Below are positions 1 to 11,300 of a DNA stretch of 61,421 nt, piece after piece. Source of the stretch: a virus (Duplodnaviria; Caudoviricetes). Numbering within the stretch: the stretch's first letter is position 1; each line of letters starts with the position of its first letter. Under the pieces are notes generated by a model, which was not told the DNA's origin, did not search any database, and worked only from the letters and a program-made list of their open reading frames with translations. The stretch spans positions 1 to 61,421 of the IMG/VR virus record IMGVR_UViG_3300017752_003321; one strand, given 5' to 3'. Both the position numbers and the translations under genes were made by a program.

Positions 1-2
1 CA

Positions 3-734
3 AGACGAGAGTCACAAAGATTTTTCTTAAGTGAACTTATAAAAGGCTTAGGGTTAGATCCTGTTAAAGCATTACAAAGCGGAGCAGTAGAAGGAGGAGC
101 AGGCGAAGCAATAGCTATGGCCATTGCCCAAATTAAAGCAGAAAGTAATTATGAACCGCAAAGCGAAAATTTAAATTATAGTTCTGAAGGATTAAGAGCT
201 ACATTTAAAATGTTTAAGAAGCCTGGAGGTTTTCAATTATCTGAAGATTTACATAGAAAGCCTGTTGAAATAGGAAGTGTTGTATATGGAAGTAGAATGG
301 GCAACGGCGGACCTGAAACTGGTGATGGTTGGAGATATAGAGGACGTGGACTTATCCAATTGACTGGTACAGACAATTATAAATTATACGGAGGATTTGC
401 TGGAGTAGATATTTACAAAAATCCAGAATTAGCAAATGATCCTAAAGTTGCTTGTAAACTAGCAGTTGCTTATTTGACCAAAGGACCAAAGGCAAGGTTT
501 ATTACTTGGACCGATACTAATTTTACTAGTCTAGGAAAACAATTTCAAAATGCTGTTGGTTACGCTAATCCAGGATCAAAGACACCACAGAGAATAGAAA
601 TAGGTCAAGGACTTTGGCAACAAATTAAAAATGGTGATTTGACACCATTGGCTGATGTAACACCACCAACAGCAATTGATACTGGTGAAGGATCCGCAAC
701 AATAGATACACCTGCATCAGGAGGACCATTTTAA
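3..734 (+). CDS. 5'-truncated baseplate hub/tail lysozyme (gp5-position protein) with C-terminal GH19 chitinase-like lysozyme domain
   Basis: Frame is open from the window edge (RRESQRFF...) through ATG 117. GH19 motifs AQIKAES, ENLNYS, RMGN, GDGWRYRGRGLIQLTG..NY. Lies directly upstream of PAAR and gp25-like genes. Confidence 0.8.
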   Translation, partial: RRESQRFFLSELIKGLGLDPVKALQSGAVEGGAGEAIAMAIAQIKAESNYEPQSENLNYSSEGLRATFKMFKKPGGFQLSEDLHRKPVEIGSVVYGSRMGNGGPETGDGWRYRGRGLIQLTGTDNYKLYGGFAGVDIYKNPELANDPKVACKLAVAYLTKGPKARFITWTDTNFTSLGKQFQNAVGYANPGSKTPQRIEIGQGLWQQIKNGDLTPLADVTPPTAIDTGEGSATIDTPASGGPF

Positions 735-937
735 TGCATGAATTTGTTATAATGATAGATGGACAACTTCAAACATTTAATAACTTTGAAGATATACCTA
801 ATGAGTTTGATCATGTAATTAAGTTTAGACCTGAAATTCCTGAAGGTCCGCACACTGAAGAACAACACCAAGAAATAGAACAATGGAATTCAAAATTACA
901 AAAATTAATGGAGATTGAACGTGCCGGCAGTATGTAG
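734..937 (+). CDS. small hypothetical protein between the gp5-like and PAAR genes
   Basis: 67-aa ORF coupled by TAATG overlap. The VIKFRPEIPEGPHTEEQH motif resembles small T4-like baseplate-region proteins. Confidence 0.7.
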   Translation: MHEFVIMIDGQLQTFNNFEDIPNEFDHVIKFRPEIPEGPHTEEQHQEIEQWNSKLQKLMEIERAGSM

Positions 938-1217
938 AGGTGATAGCGTTGACGAAGATGTTCCACATTGCTCAACACCAAAAAGAGATGAGTGTAGTGG
1001 TGATGTATTTGTAAACGGAACAGGAGTATCTCGACAAGACGATAACAACACATCTCATGATGTTCCACCAGCACCGTGCGGTACACATGCAAAGCCTATT
1101 ACAACAGGCAGTACGGAAGTATTTGCTAATGGTAAAGGAGTAGGACGAGTAGGAGATGCTATAACAGCTTGTACAAGTGTTTCAACAGGAAGCGATACAG
1201 TTTTTGCTGGTCCTTAG
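921..1217 (+). CDS. PAAR-domain spike tip protein (T4 gp5.4-like)
   Basis: GTG at 921 with GGAG at 910-913. MPAVCRGD, VFVNG, GSTEVFANGKGVGRVGD, GSDTVFAG PAAR-type repeats with Cys/His metal ligands. Confidence 0.9.
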   Translation: MPAVCRGDSVDEDVPHCSTPKRDECSGDVFVNGTGVSRQDDNNTSHDVPPAPCGTHAKPITTGSTEVFANGKGVGRVGDAITACTSVSTGSDTVFAGP

Positions 1218-1223
1218 AATAGG

Positions 1224-1229
1224 TAAATA
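1224..1229 (+). promoter_or_regulatory. late-type promoter element TAAATA, 5 nt before ATG 1235
   Basis: GGTAAATATTATTATG. Resembles the T4 late TATAAATA box. No Shine-Dalgarno between box and start. Confidence 0.6.
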
Positions 1230-1234
1230 TTATT

Positions 1235-1669
1235 ATGGCGCAAGATTTATACAAAACAATTAAAGTAACTCCTAAAAGAGAAAAAGCCCCACCTATTAAG
1301 CAAAAAGCCTATAGGGGATTCAGCACAGTCAATCCAGAGAACAACACGTTCCAGCAGTTTGATATTTCATTAATTAAGCAAAATCTACTTAATCACCTTA
1401 ATATTCGACAAGGAGAAAAACTATCCGACCCAACGTTTGGTTGTATTATATGGGACGCATTGTTTGAACCTTTAACTACAGAACTTAAAGATGCCATTAC
1501 AACAAATGTAACAAATATTGTGAATTATGATCCTAGAACTAGAGCTACAGCAATACAAGTAACTGAATTCGAATCAGGATTACAAATTGAATGTACGTTA
1601 ATGTACTTAGATTATAATATTAGCGAAAGTTTAAGGCTACAATTTGATAAAAATGTTGGATTGGTGTGA
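1235..1669 (+). CDS. gp25: baseplate wedge subunit, gp25/GPW-like
   Basis: DISLIKQNLLNHLNIRQGEKLSDPTFGCIIWDALFEP and YDPR motifs typical of gp25. Position fits. Confidence 0.9.
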   Translation: MAQDLYKTIKVTPKREKAPPIKQKAYRGFSTVNPENNTFQQFDISLIKQNLLNHLNIRQGEKLSDPTFGCIIWDALFEPLTTELKDAITTNVTNIVNYDPRTRATAIQVTEFESGLQIECTLMYLDYNISESLRLQFDKNVGLV

Positions 1670-1698
1670 CACAATTAACTACTAGTATTATCGTTTGT

Positions 1699-1711
1699 AA
1701 TAAATACAGTA
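1699..1711 (+). promoter_or_regulatory. late-type promoter AATAAATACAGTA
   Basis: Contains TAAATA. The identical 13-mer recurs at 20372-20384 upstream of another structural gene. Confidence 0.6.
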
Positions 1712-1732
1712 GAGCTTATAGAAGGATAATCA

Positions 1733-4700
1733 ATGTCATCAACCGACAGACAAAATAGACTGCTACTTGCAGAAGATTGGACAAAAGTATACCAAAGCTA
1801 TCGGAATGCAGAATTTCGTAGCTATGATTTTGACACGTTAAGACGTGCAATGATCACCTATCTAAGGCAAAACTACCCAGAAGATTTTAACGATTATATT
1901 GATACATCAGAGTATCTTGCATTAATCGATATGATTGCGTTTTTAGGACAAAATATAAGTTATAGAGTTGATCTAAACGCAAGAGAAAACTTTTTAGAAT
2001 TAGCAGAACGTAGAGAATCAGTTCTACGTTTAGCACGTATGCTTTCATACAATCCAAGACGTAACCAGGCGGCAAACGGTCTATTAAAATTTGAAACAGT
2101 TAGCACAACTGAAAGTCTCGTAGATAGCAACGGCAGTAATTTAGCTGAACAAACAATTATATGGAACGATCCTAGTAACTCAAATTGGGCAGAACAATTT
2201 AGACGTGTGCTTAATTCAGCACTTCCGCAAAACGGAACAATTGGTAAGCCTGCACAAAGTAAAGTTATAAATGGTGTCCTAACACAGCAATATAGAGTTA
2301 ATGGCGGACAAGATGATGTTCCTATATTTGGATTCACAAAAGCAGTGAACGGCTCACCTACGCAGTTTGAAGTTGTATCAACAGGTATTGATACAGAGTT
2401 GAATAATATTATTGAAGAAAATCCTGTTCCAGGAACTAGTTTAGCATTTTTGTATAGAGAAGACGGGCGTGGCGCTAACAGTTCTAACTCCGGATATTTT
2501 TTACATTTTAGACAAGGAAAAATGCAATCTAATGAATTTAATGTTGCAAGTCCATCAGCTAATCAAAAGATTGCTATTGAAGCACAAAATATTAACGATA
2601 CAGATGTTTGGTTGTACGGGTTAGACACACAAGGTTTTGCAGATAAAATTTGGACACAAGTAAATTCAACTGAAGGTAACAACGCAATTTACAACAGTTT
2701 AATTAAAAAGATTAAAGATTATTATGTAGTGCAAACTAGAGGCAATGATGAAATTAGTTTAGTTTTTGCTGACGGAACATTTGGAAATTTACCTACTGGT
2801 TCATTTAGGATTTATTATAGAACAAGTGCAAATAAAACACTTAATATAGCACCTGCTGAACTTACAAATATAACAGTAAGTTTACCATACGTAAGCAAAG
2901 CAGGAACAACCGAAACACTTACTCTAGGACTTGAACTTAAAGAAGCAGTTAACAATGCAACTACAAGCGAATCTACAGCTAGTATTAGATCAAATGCTCC
3001 GCAAACATACTATACACAAAATAGAATGGTCACCGGCGAAGATTATAATATTGTTCCTCTTACAACAAATCAAGAGATTGTAAAAGTTAAATCTACTAAT
3101 AGGACAACAAGTGGTATTAGCAGATACTTTGATTTAAAAGATGTTACTGGAAAATACTCTAGTACAAATTTATATGGATCAGATGGCGTACTGTATCAAG
3201 AGCAGTATGAAAATAAAACTTCATTTACGTTTGCAACACAAACTGACATTGAAGGGAATATAGAAAATACAATTTTACCTATAATTAAAAGCAGAGCAAT
3301 AAGCAATTACTACTTTGGAAATTATGCTAAAATTATTGTTAGTGACCTAAATGCACGATTTAAACAGTCTACAAAAACAACAAATAGTTCTACAGGACTA
3401 TTACAGAATTTAAATGATGTTCCGTTTCAAGTAGGTACTTTTACAGGAGGTTCATTAAAGTATGTAGAGGCAGGTGCTTTATTAAAATTTAAACCGCCCG
3501 CAGGCTTCTTTTTTATTGGCAAAGGATTATTAACTAGTGATGGCAAAGCAAAAGGTGCTAGTAGTTATAAATGGGTCAAAGTTATAAGTGCAAAAGGAGC
3601 AGGAACAACTTTAGATAGCGTAACTGGAGAAGGTCCACTTGTGTTCAATGATATTTTACCTGAAAATAGTGTTTTAGAAGAAGTCAAACCTAAAATAGTA
3701 AAAGACATTTCAACTGATGTAAGGGCACAAATTATTGACCAAGTATTTGCATATAAAACTTTTGCTTTAAGATATGATCAGGTTAACAGAAATTGGCGAG
3801 TAATTATTAACGAAAACCTTAATACAGTAGATGTTTTTAGTAATGGTAAAACAGGTGACGTTACAAATAATCAACTTGACTCTAGTTGGTTAATATTGTT
3901 TGAAACAAATGGCGAAAAATATACTGTTACTAATAGAGGATTACGTTATATATTTGAAAGTGATAAAGAGTTGAGTTTTTACTTTGACGGACAGTCAAAA
4001 ATTTACGATTCACAAACAGGACAGTTAGTAAAAGATAAAGTAGCAATAATGAATTTTAATACTAAGCCTGATTCCCTTGATGCATTTAACAATGATATCA
4101 ATTGGGAGATTGTTAAAGAATTTAGGAATGCAGACGGATATGTTAATAGTAAAAAAGTAGAAGTTAGCTTTTTTGATTTGAATGACGATGGTAGTGTAGA
4201 CGATCCAGATATTTTTATAAATGTTGTAGCACCACAAACAAATCCAGATACAAAATATATTTTCTTAAAGAAAGAATCATCAGATCAAGGATTTAGCAAA
4301 TATAATTTTTATGATCAAGGAAGTTCTATTAATGTAGTTAAGACAGAAATAGAGATAGGTGCATATAGTCAATATAGCGACGGACAAATTTTTTATGTAA
4401 CAGATAATGATAATTTTAAAATATTGAATAATAATTTACTTACTGTGTCTGCAGATTATAAAGCACATGTAGGACGCTCAGATTTAAAATTTCAGTATGT
4501 ACATAGTGCAGATCAAAGCAACAGGATCGATCCTAGTGCAAGTAATATTATTGATATCTATATGTTAACTAGATCTTACGATGTAAACTTTAGAAACTAT
4601 CTTAAAGGTGTAATAGGTACAATGCCATTACCTCCTAGCTCAGATGAATTATTTCAGAACTATGGCGGACAAATAAATGAATATAAATCTATTAGTGATG

Positions 4701-5302
4701 AAGTAATTTATCATCCTGTAACTTATAAGCCGTTGTTTGGTGTACATGCACAAGATAATCTACAAGCAACTTTTAAAATTGTTCCTAATTCAGGAGAAGT
4801 AGTTAACGGTAATGAGTTAAAAACTAATGTAATCAGTGCAGTAAATAGATTCTTTGGTTTAGCTAATTGGAACTTTGGTGATAGTTTCCACTTTACTGAA
4901 TTAGCAACTTTTATTATGAATAGTATTTCTCCAGATGCAGTTAATATTTTACTTGTACCAAAACAAGCTACACAGGGCTTTGGTAGCTTGTATGAAGTTA
5001 AAGCCGAAAATAATGAAATCTTTATAAACGATGCAACAGTTGATGATGTAGAAATTATTGACTCTGTAACAGCATCAAGAATACAAGCCTCAGGAAATGT
5101 TATTACATCAACAGGCACAACTAATACAGGTATAAAAAGTCAAGCATTAACAACTACAAGTACAAGTACTAGTAGCACAACAACTAATACGTCAAGCTCA
5201 AGTAGTTCAAGTAGCTCAAGTAGCTCAAGTAGCTCGGGCGGTGGCGGATCAAGTGGCGGCGGAGGTAGCTCCGGCGGCGGCGGTGGAGGCTATGGATACT
5301 AA
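1733..5302 (+). CDS. gp6: baseplate wedge subunit, gp6-like, with Ser/Gly-rich C-terminal tail
   Basis: SYDFDTLR..YPEDFNDY..LIDMIAF..NARENFLE.AERRESVLRLARMLSYNP, FADGTFG..P, SIRSNAP..Y.TQNRMVT.EDY motifs of gp6/baseplate J family. Confidence 0.88.
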   Translation: MSSTDRQNRLLLAEDWTKVYQSYRNAEFRSYDFDTLRRAMITYLRQNYPEDFNDYIDTSEYLALIDMIAFLGQNISYRVDLNARENFLELAERRESVLRLARMLSYNPRRNQAANGLLKFETVSTTESLVDSNGSNLAEQTIIWNDPSNSNWAEQFRRVLNSALPQNGTIGKPAQSKVINGVLTQQYRVNGGQDDVPIFGFTKAVNGSPTQFEVVSTGIDTELNNIIEENPVPGTSLAFLYREDGRGANSSNSGYFLHFRQGKMQSNEFNVASPSANQKIAIEAQNINDTDVWLYGLDTQGFADKIWTQVNSTEGNNAIYNSLIKKIKDYYVVQTRGNDEISLVFADGTFGNLPTGSFRIYYRTSANKTLNIAPAELTNITVSLPYVSKAGTTETLTLGLELKEAVNNATTSESTASIRSNAPQTYYTQNRMVTGEDYNIVPLTTNQEIVKVKSTNRTTSGISRYFDLKDVTGKYSSTNLYGSDGVLYQEQYENKTSFTFATQTDIEGNIENTILPIIKSRAISNYYFGNYAKIIVSDLNARFKQSTKTTNSSTGLLQNLNDVPFQVGTFTGGSLKYVEAGALLKFKPPAGFFFIGKGLLTSDGKAKGASSYKWVKVISAKGAGTTLDSVTGEGPLVFNDILPENSVLEEVKPKIVKDISTDVRAQIIDQVFAYKTFALRYDQVNRNWRVIINENLNTVDVFSNGKTGDVTNNQLDSSWLILFETNGEKYTVTNRGLRYIFESDKELSFYFDGQSKIYDSQTGQLVKDKVAIMNFNTKPDSLDAFNNDINWEIVKEFRNADGYVNSKKVEVSFFDLNDDGSVDDPDIFINVVAPQTNPDTKYIFLKKESSDQGFSKYNFYDQGSSINVVKTEIEIGAYSQYSDGQIFYVTDNDNFKILNNNLLTVSADYKAHVGRSDLKFQYVHSADQSNRIDPSASNIIDIYMLTRSYDVNFRNYLKGVIGTMPLPPSSDELFQNYGGQINEYKSISDEVIYHPVTYKPLFGVHAQDNLQATFKIVPNSGEVVNGNELKTNVISAVNRFFGLANWNFGDSFHFTELATFIMNSISPDAVNILLVPKQATQGFGSLYEVKAENNEIFINDATVDDVEIIDSVTASRIQASGNVITSTGTTNTGIKSQALTTTSTSTSSTTTNTSSSSSSSSSSSSSSSGGGGSSGGGGSSGGGGGGYGY
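5198..5233 (+). repeat. 9-bp tandem repeat (TCAAGTAGY x4) encoding poly-Ser
   Basis: tcaagtagt tcaagtagc tcaagtagc tcaagtagc, followed by GGC/GGT-rich poly-Gly to 5290. Confidence 0.9.
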
Positions 5303-8300
5303 TGGCACAAGATGAAAGCCCAATTCCAACAAATGGAAATAGCAAAAGAAAAACATCAGACCTACTACCGAGGTATTTTAGAAGCACAGCAAATAAAAAA
5401 TTCCTAAGTAGTACATTAGACCAATTAATGCAACCGGGTGTTGTAGAAAAGGTTGATGGATTCATTGGTCGTAGAGATGCCAAAGCATTCAAAGCATCTG
5501 ATAACTATGTTTCAGATATAACAAAAACTAGAGAAAATTATCAGCTAGAACCTGTTACTACAATCACAGACGGTTTGGATAATATTAAATTTTACAGAGA
5601 TTATAGAGATTATGTAAACTCTAGTAAAATTAGAAATGCTGATAATGCAGATCACAGCAAATATAGTTCGCAAGAATATTACGCTTGGGATCCTCACATC
5701 AATTGGGACAAGTTTGTAAACTTTAGAGAATATTATTGGCTTCCAGCAGGACCAGATGAAATTCCAGTATATGGCACTGCAAGGAATATTACAAGTACTT
5801 TTGCAGTAAAGATGCAGGACAACGTAGATAATAATTCTTATATTTTCAGCGAAGAGAACAAAGTAAGTAATCCAACATTAACATTATATAGAGGACAAAC
5901 ATATAACTTTGATATTGACACAGTTGATATGCCCTTTAGTATTAGAACAAATACTAGTATTGAAGATGATACAAACCTTTATAATGAAGGAGTAAGCCAA
6001 CAGAAAGTTGAACAAGGGTCTATAACTTGGGAAATAGATCTTGAAGCTCCTGATCTTCTTTACTACACAAACGATAACGATATTGAAACTACAGGACTTA
6101 TTGTTATCAAAGATATTAGAGATAATACACAACTTGATGTAGGATCAGATATAATTGGTAAAAAAACTTACACTATGCAAAATGGTTATAGTTTAACTAA
6201 TGGCATGAAGATAAAATTTTACGGAGAAATTACACCAGCCAAATACGGAGAAGGTAATTGGTATGTCGAAGGTGTCGGAGATTCAATTAAATTAATTTCT
6301 GAAGAAGACTTAGTTATTACTGCTGATTATTTGTCAGATATATCTACTGAGTTTGACGCACAAGGATTTGCGTCACTGCCATTTGGCGATGCTACTTCTT
6401 ATGCTTCTCTAAAAGACTATATTGTAATTAATAGAGCATCCAAGGATGGAAATCAATGGGCAAGATATAATAAATGGACACATAAAAGTGTAATAGAAAA
6501 TATTGCTGAGATTAATAATATGTCAGCAGTTTTAGACCAAACATATAGAGCAACAAGGCCTATTATCGAGTTTGACGCAGGATTAAAACTTTACAATTTT
6601 GGAACACAATCAAAGACATCAGTAGACCTAGTTGATACAGTTACAACAGATGTGTTCTCTAATATTGAAGGACAAGTTGGTTACTTTGTAGATGGAGTAG
6701 AATTAGTTACAGGCATGCGTGTGTTATTCACAGCAGACCCAGACAGTTTTGTTGCAGGAAAAATATACGAGGTTAATTTTATAAATCAAAACGGAAATTT
6801 ACAGCTTGCCTTAAAAGAAACTACAGATACAATTCCGTTAATTGATGAAACAGTATTAGTTAAAGCAGGTAGTAATTTTAAAGGAAAAATTTTCTATTAT
6901 AATGGAACTACATGGAAGCAAACACAAGATAAGACTAAAGTAAATCAACAACCATTATTTGATATGTATAACGATGCAGGAGCACAGATTAATACATTAG
7001 AGTCAAGCACGTTTGCAGGAAATAAAATTTTTAGTTATAAAGTTGGCACAGGTGCTAATGATACAGAATTAGGATTTCCATTAAGTTATAGAACTATCGA
7101 AAATAGTGGTGATATTGTTTTTGATTTTAATTTATTAGCAGATACTTATCAATATGACGAAATTGCAGATGTATTCACTGTTAGCACAGACACTGCATTA
7201 TTAAGAAAGTATACTGATAGAACAACGTTTACAAATGTTTCTGGTTGGACAAAAGCACCAACAAAATCAGTACAGCCTGTTGTTAAACAAACAACAGTTA
7301 CCGCAAGGACAAATAACTTTATTGTCGACGTTTATACTAACAGCGGAGACTTAAATGATTTAGACATAAAAGTTTATGTGAATAGTAATCGTAAACGAGA
7401 TGGGATTGACTACACAATAAACAGAGTCAACGGGTATGCTTATGTAACATTTGATAAAGAACTAACAGCAGATGACAAACTAGTTTTAAAAACAACATCT
7501 AGTTCACCTAAAAGAGAAGGTGTTGGATATTATGAATTTCCAATAAACTTTGAAAAAAATCCGCAAAATGAAAATGTTACTACGTTTACATTAGGGGAAG
7601 TGTTAGACCATGTTGACAGCATTGTTGATAATGTAAATGGATTTGAAGGCATATTTCCTGGAACAAGTAATTTAAGAGATTTAGGAAATGCATCAAAATT
7701 TGGTTTGAAATTTGTACAACACAGTGGCCCGGTCAATCTTGCTTTATATAATTTGACAGATAAAGATTATGATTCTATAGAAGCAATTAAATATTCTGGT
7801 ATAGAATATCTTAAATTTAAAAGAGAGTTTTTAAGAATAGCAAATGAGTTAGGATTTGAAGGTACTGAAAAAATACATGTTGATAAAGTTCTAACAGAAC
7901 TTAATGCAAATAAAACTAATAGTGATCCTTTTTACTTTAGTGATATGTTAGCACATGGTGGAGATACAAAAGTAAGTCATATTATTGAAGACCAATCACA
8001 AACAATTTTTAGTTTAACAAGCGGAATAGATTTTACAAAATTATCTGAAAAAGCTGTACTAGCATACCTTAATGAAAAACAACTTTTATTATATGAAGAT
8101 TACACTATTAGTACTGATGGATTTTTAACTTTATTAAACGCTCCTAATGCAGGAGACATATTAGATGTTTATGAATATAAAACTACAGACGGTTGCTGGA
8201 TACCTCCTACACCTACAAAATTAGGATTATATCCTAGATTTACTCCTGAGATATTTTTAGATGACACATACATAAAAACACCTACGGATGTAACAGGCCC

Positions 8301-11300
8301 TTGGAAAATTTATGGTAGAGATACAACCACAACTAAATCATATAAAGGCAAACTTGGATGGTTCTATCCTTTGTTTACAGATGAAGTATCGGCATCTCAA
8401 GAGGATATAAGAAACGGCGGAACTGGGGCAACTCATACACACTTATTTACAGGAACTAATACATTATTTTATATGCCAAATAGTGCAATGAGTCATGCAA
8501 CTAATGATACACAATTATTAGAAGAATATCCAAAAGCAAAACCAATGTTACAAGGGCATGATGGTAGTTTGTGGAAATGTTTTGGCGACTTTAGAGATAA
8601 TCTTCTACTAGATATAGAAAAACGAATTTATAATAATATAAAACAGACATATGACGAAAATATTTTAGATATTGTAGATTATGTAGACAGCAAAAATAGA
8701 AATACAGGATTTTCTAGAACACAAGTTTCCAAAACTATGATATCAGAATTTAATGTTTGGTTACAGACTGTAGGCACACCGGATTATGTATCGAATACGA
8801 TTTATCGTTCAGGAGATGGGTTCACATATTATTATGGAATGGCATCTGATCCTTATGACAAACCCTTAGCTGGTTTTTGGCGTGCTATATACAAAGACTT
8901 TTACAATACAGATAGACCTCATAGCCATCCATGGGAAATATTAGGTTTTAAAGAAAAGCCTGATTGGTTTGATACAGAATATGGTACAGCCCCTTATACA
9001 AGTAATAATTTGTTGCTTTGGCAAGATATGGCTAATGCTGTTGTTAGAGGCACAGCAGGTTCAAAAGTAACATACAGAAACAAATTTAAAAATACAGATA
9101 TTTTTAATTATATCCCTGTTGACGAAAGTGGTAATTTAATACCCCCTAGTGGAACAGGTTATTCTAGAGGAAATATTACTACAACATATGGTAATCAATT
9201 TAAGTTTGGTGATGAAGGACCTGTAGAAACTGCGTGGAGAAGAAGTTCTCACTATCCGTTCAGTTTAATGATATCTTGGGCTTTGAATCAGCCTGCACAA
9301 TTTTTTGGTTTAGCATTTGATCGTAGTAGGATAGCACGTAATGGTGCGGGAGAATTAATTTACAGAGATACAAGTAAGAGAATTGAATTAAGTAAATTAA
9401 AATTTCCTAACAGTGCAACTGATAGTGAAAGAGTGTTTACATCGGGTATAATTAACTATATTCAAGGCTACCTTGCAGGTAATGATACACTTAGATTTAC
9501 TGAATATAAATCAAATATTAAAAACATAGAAAATAAATTAGCTTCAAAGATTGGAGGATTTACTCAGAAGTCCAAATTTAGACTTATACTAGATGCTAGA
9601 ACTCCTACAAATGAAGGAAATGTTTTTGTTCCAGAAGAAAACTATAAAATACAATTAACTAAAAGTATTCCTACTGACGTTTTATCTTACAGTGGTATGA
9701 TTATTGAAATATCTCCATCTGGATATATTGTAAAAGGTTATGATAAAGATAATCCTGTATTTAAATATTATCCAGTAAGACGGAAAAATAGCGACAGAGT
9801 AATCAATGTTGGCGGAGTTAGTGAAAACTTCTTAACATGGACAGAAGGAAAAAGTTATGAACCTGGCCAAATTGTAGAAGTATCAGACAACTATTATAGA
9901 GTTAAGATAAGTCATACAGCAGGTGATAGTTTTAATCAAGATAATTATCAAAAGTTGCCAGAACTTCCTGAAGAAGGAGGAGCAACAGCTTATCTGTCTA
10001 CTAATTTTGAAACTGTTGTACAAGAAATGCCATATGGTACATTGTTTAGTGAAAAACAAGAAGTTGTAGATCTTATGATGGGATATCAGGAATATCTTAT
10101 AAGATCAGGATTTAAATTTGATACCTTCAATAAAGAAATTGAGGAAGTTGAAAATTGGAGACTTAGTGCTAAAGAATTTTTATTCTGGACAACACAATCT
10201 TGGGATAACGGAACTATACTTACTGTAAGTCCTAGTGCTAGAAATATTGAATTTAGTAAACCATTTAATGTAGTAGATGATATATATGATAATTTTTATG
10301 ATTATAGTTTATTAAAAGCAGATGGAAAAAGATTACTAGCAGATTTTGCTACCACAGAAAGAGATAATACTAACGATTTTGGAATATTTGTAAAAAATAC
10401 TAATGATGGAATATATCATTTAAAAATTCCTTTAGTTCAACACGAGCATGCAGTTATTATTGATAATAAAACTGTATTTGGAGATGTAATCTATAATAGA
10501 GCTCAAGGATATAGACAAGAAAGAATAAAAGTAAAAGGATATCGTTCAGACGACTGGAACGGATCGTATAATATTCCAGGCTTTATTTTTGATGATGCTG
10601 TTGTTACAGAATGGTTACCATACCAAGATTATAAAATAGGGTCGCTTATAAAATATAAACAATATTTTTATGTTGCAACAACAAATGTAACAGGAACACA
10701 ATTATTTAATGATACAGGTTGGGTATTACTAGATGAAAAACCTGAACAAAAACTTTTACCTAATTTTGATTACAAAGCAAAACAATTTTCAGACTTTTAT
10801 GATCTAGATTCAGATAACTTTGATATTGAACAACAAAAACTTGCACAGCATGCGACAGGATATCAAAAAAGAAAGTATCTTGAAAATATTATTAACGACG
10901 ATGTAAGTCAGTACAAATTCTTCCAAGGTGCTATTCAGGATAAAGGTACTAAGAATGTATTAATAAAACTATTTGATAAGCTAGGAAGTGCAAATAAAGA
11001 TAGTTTAGAATTTTTTGAAGAATGGGCAGTACGTGCAGGACGTTATGGAGCATCTACAGGAGATGAACAATTTGATTTTGTATTGGATGAATCTAAGTAT
11101 AGGCAAGAGCCTCAGCAAATAGAATTAGTAGATAGAATTAATCCACAAGATACAAGTTTAATTTATAGGTTAGATAGAAATTCAATATATGTCAAGCCAA
11201 AAGATTACGACCATAAACCTTTACCTACAAAATACTTCAATGAAGAAAATAGTTATACTAAAACAGCTGGATATGTTAATCCGTCCGACGTTGGTATTAG

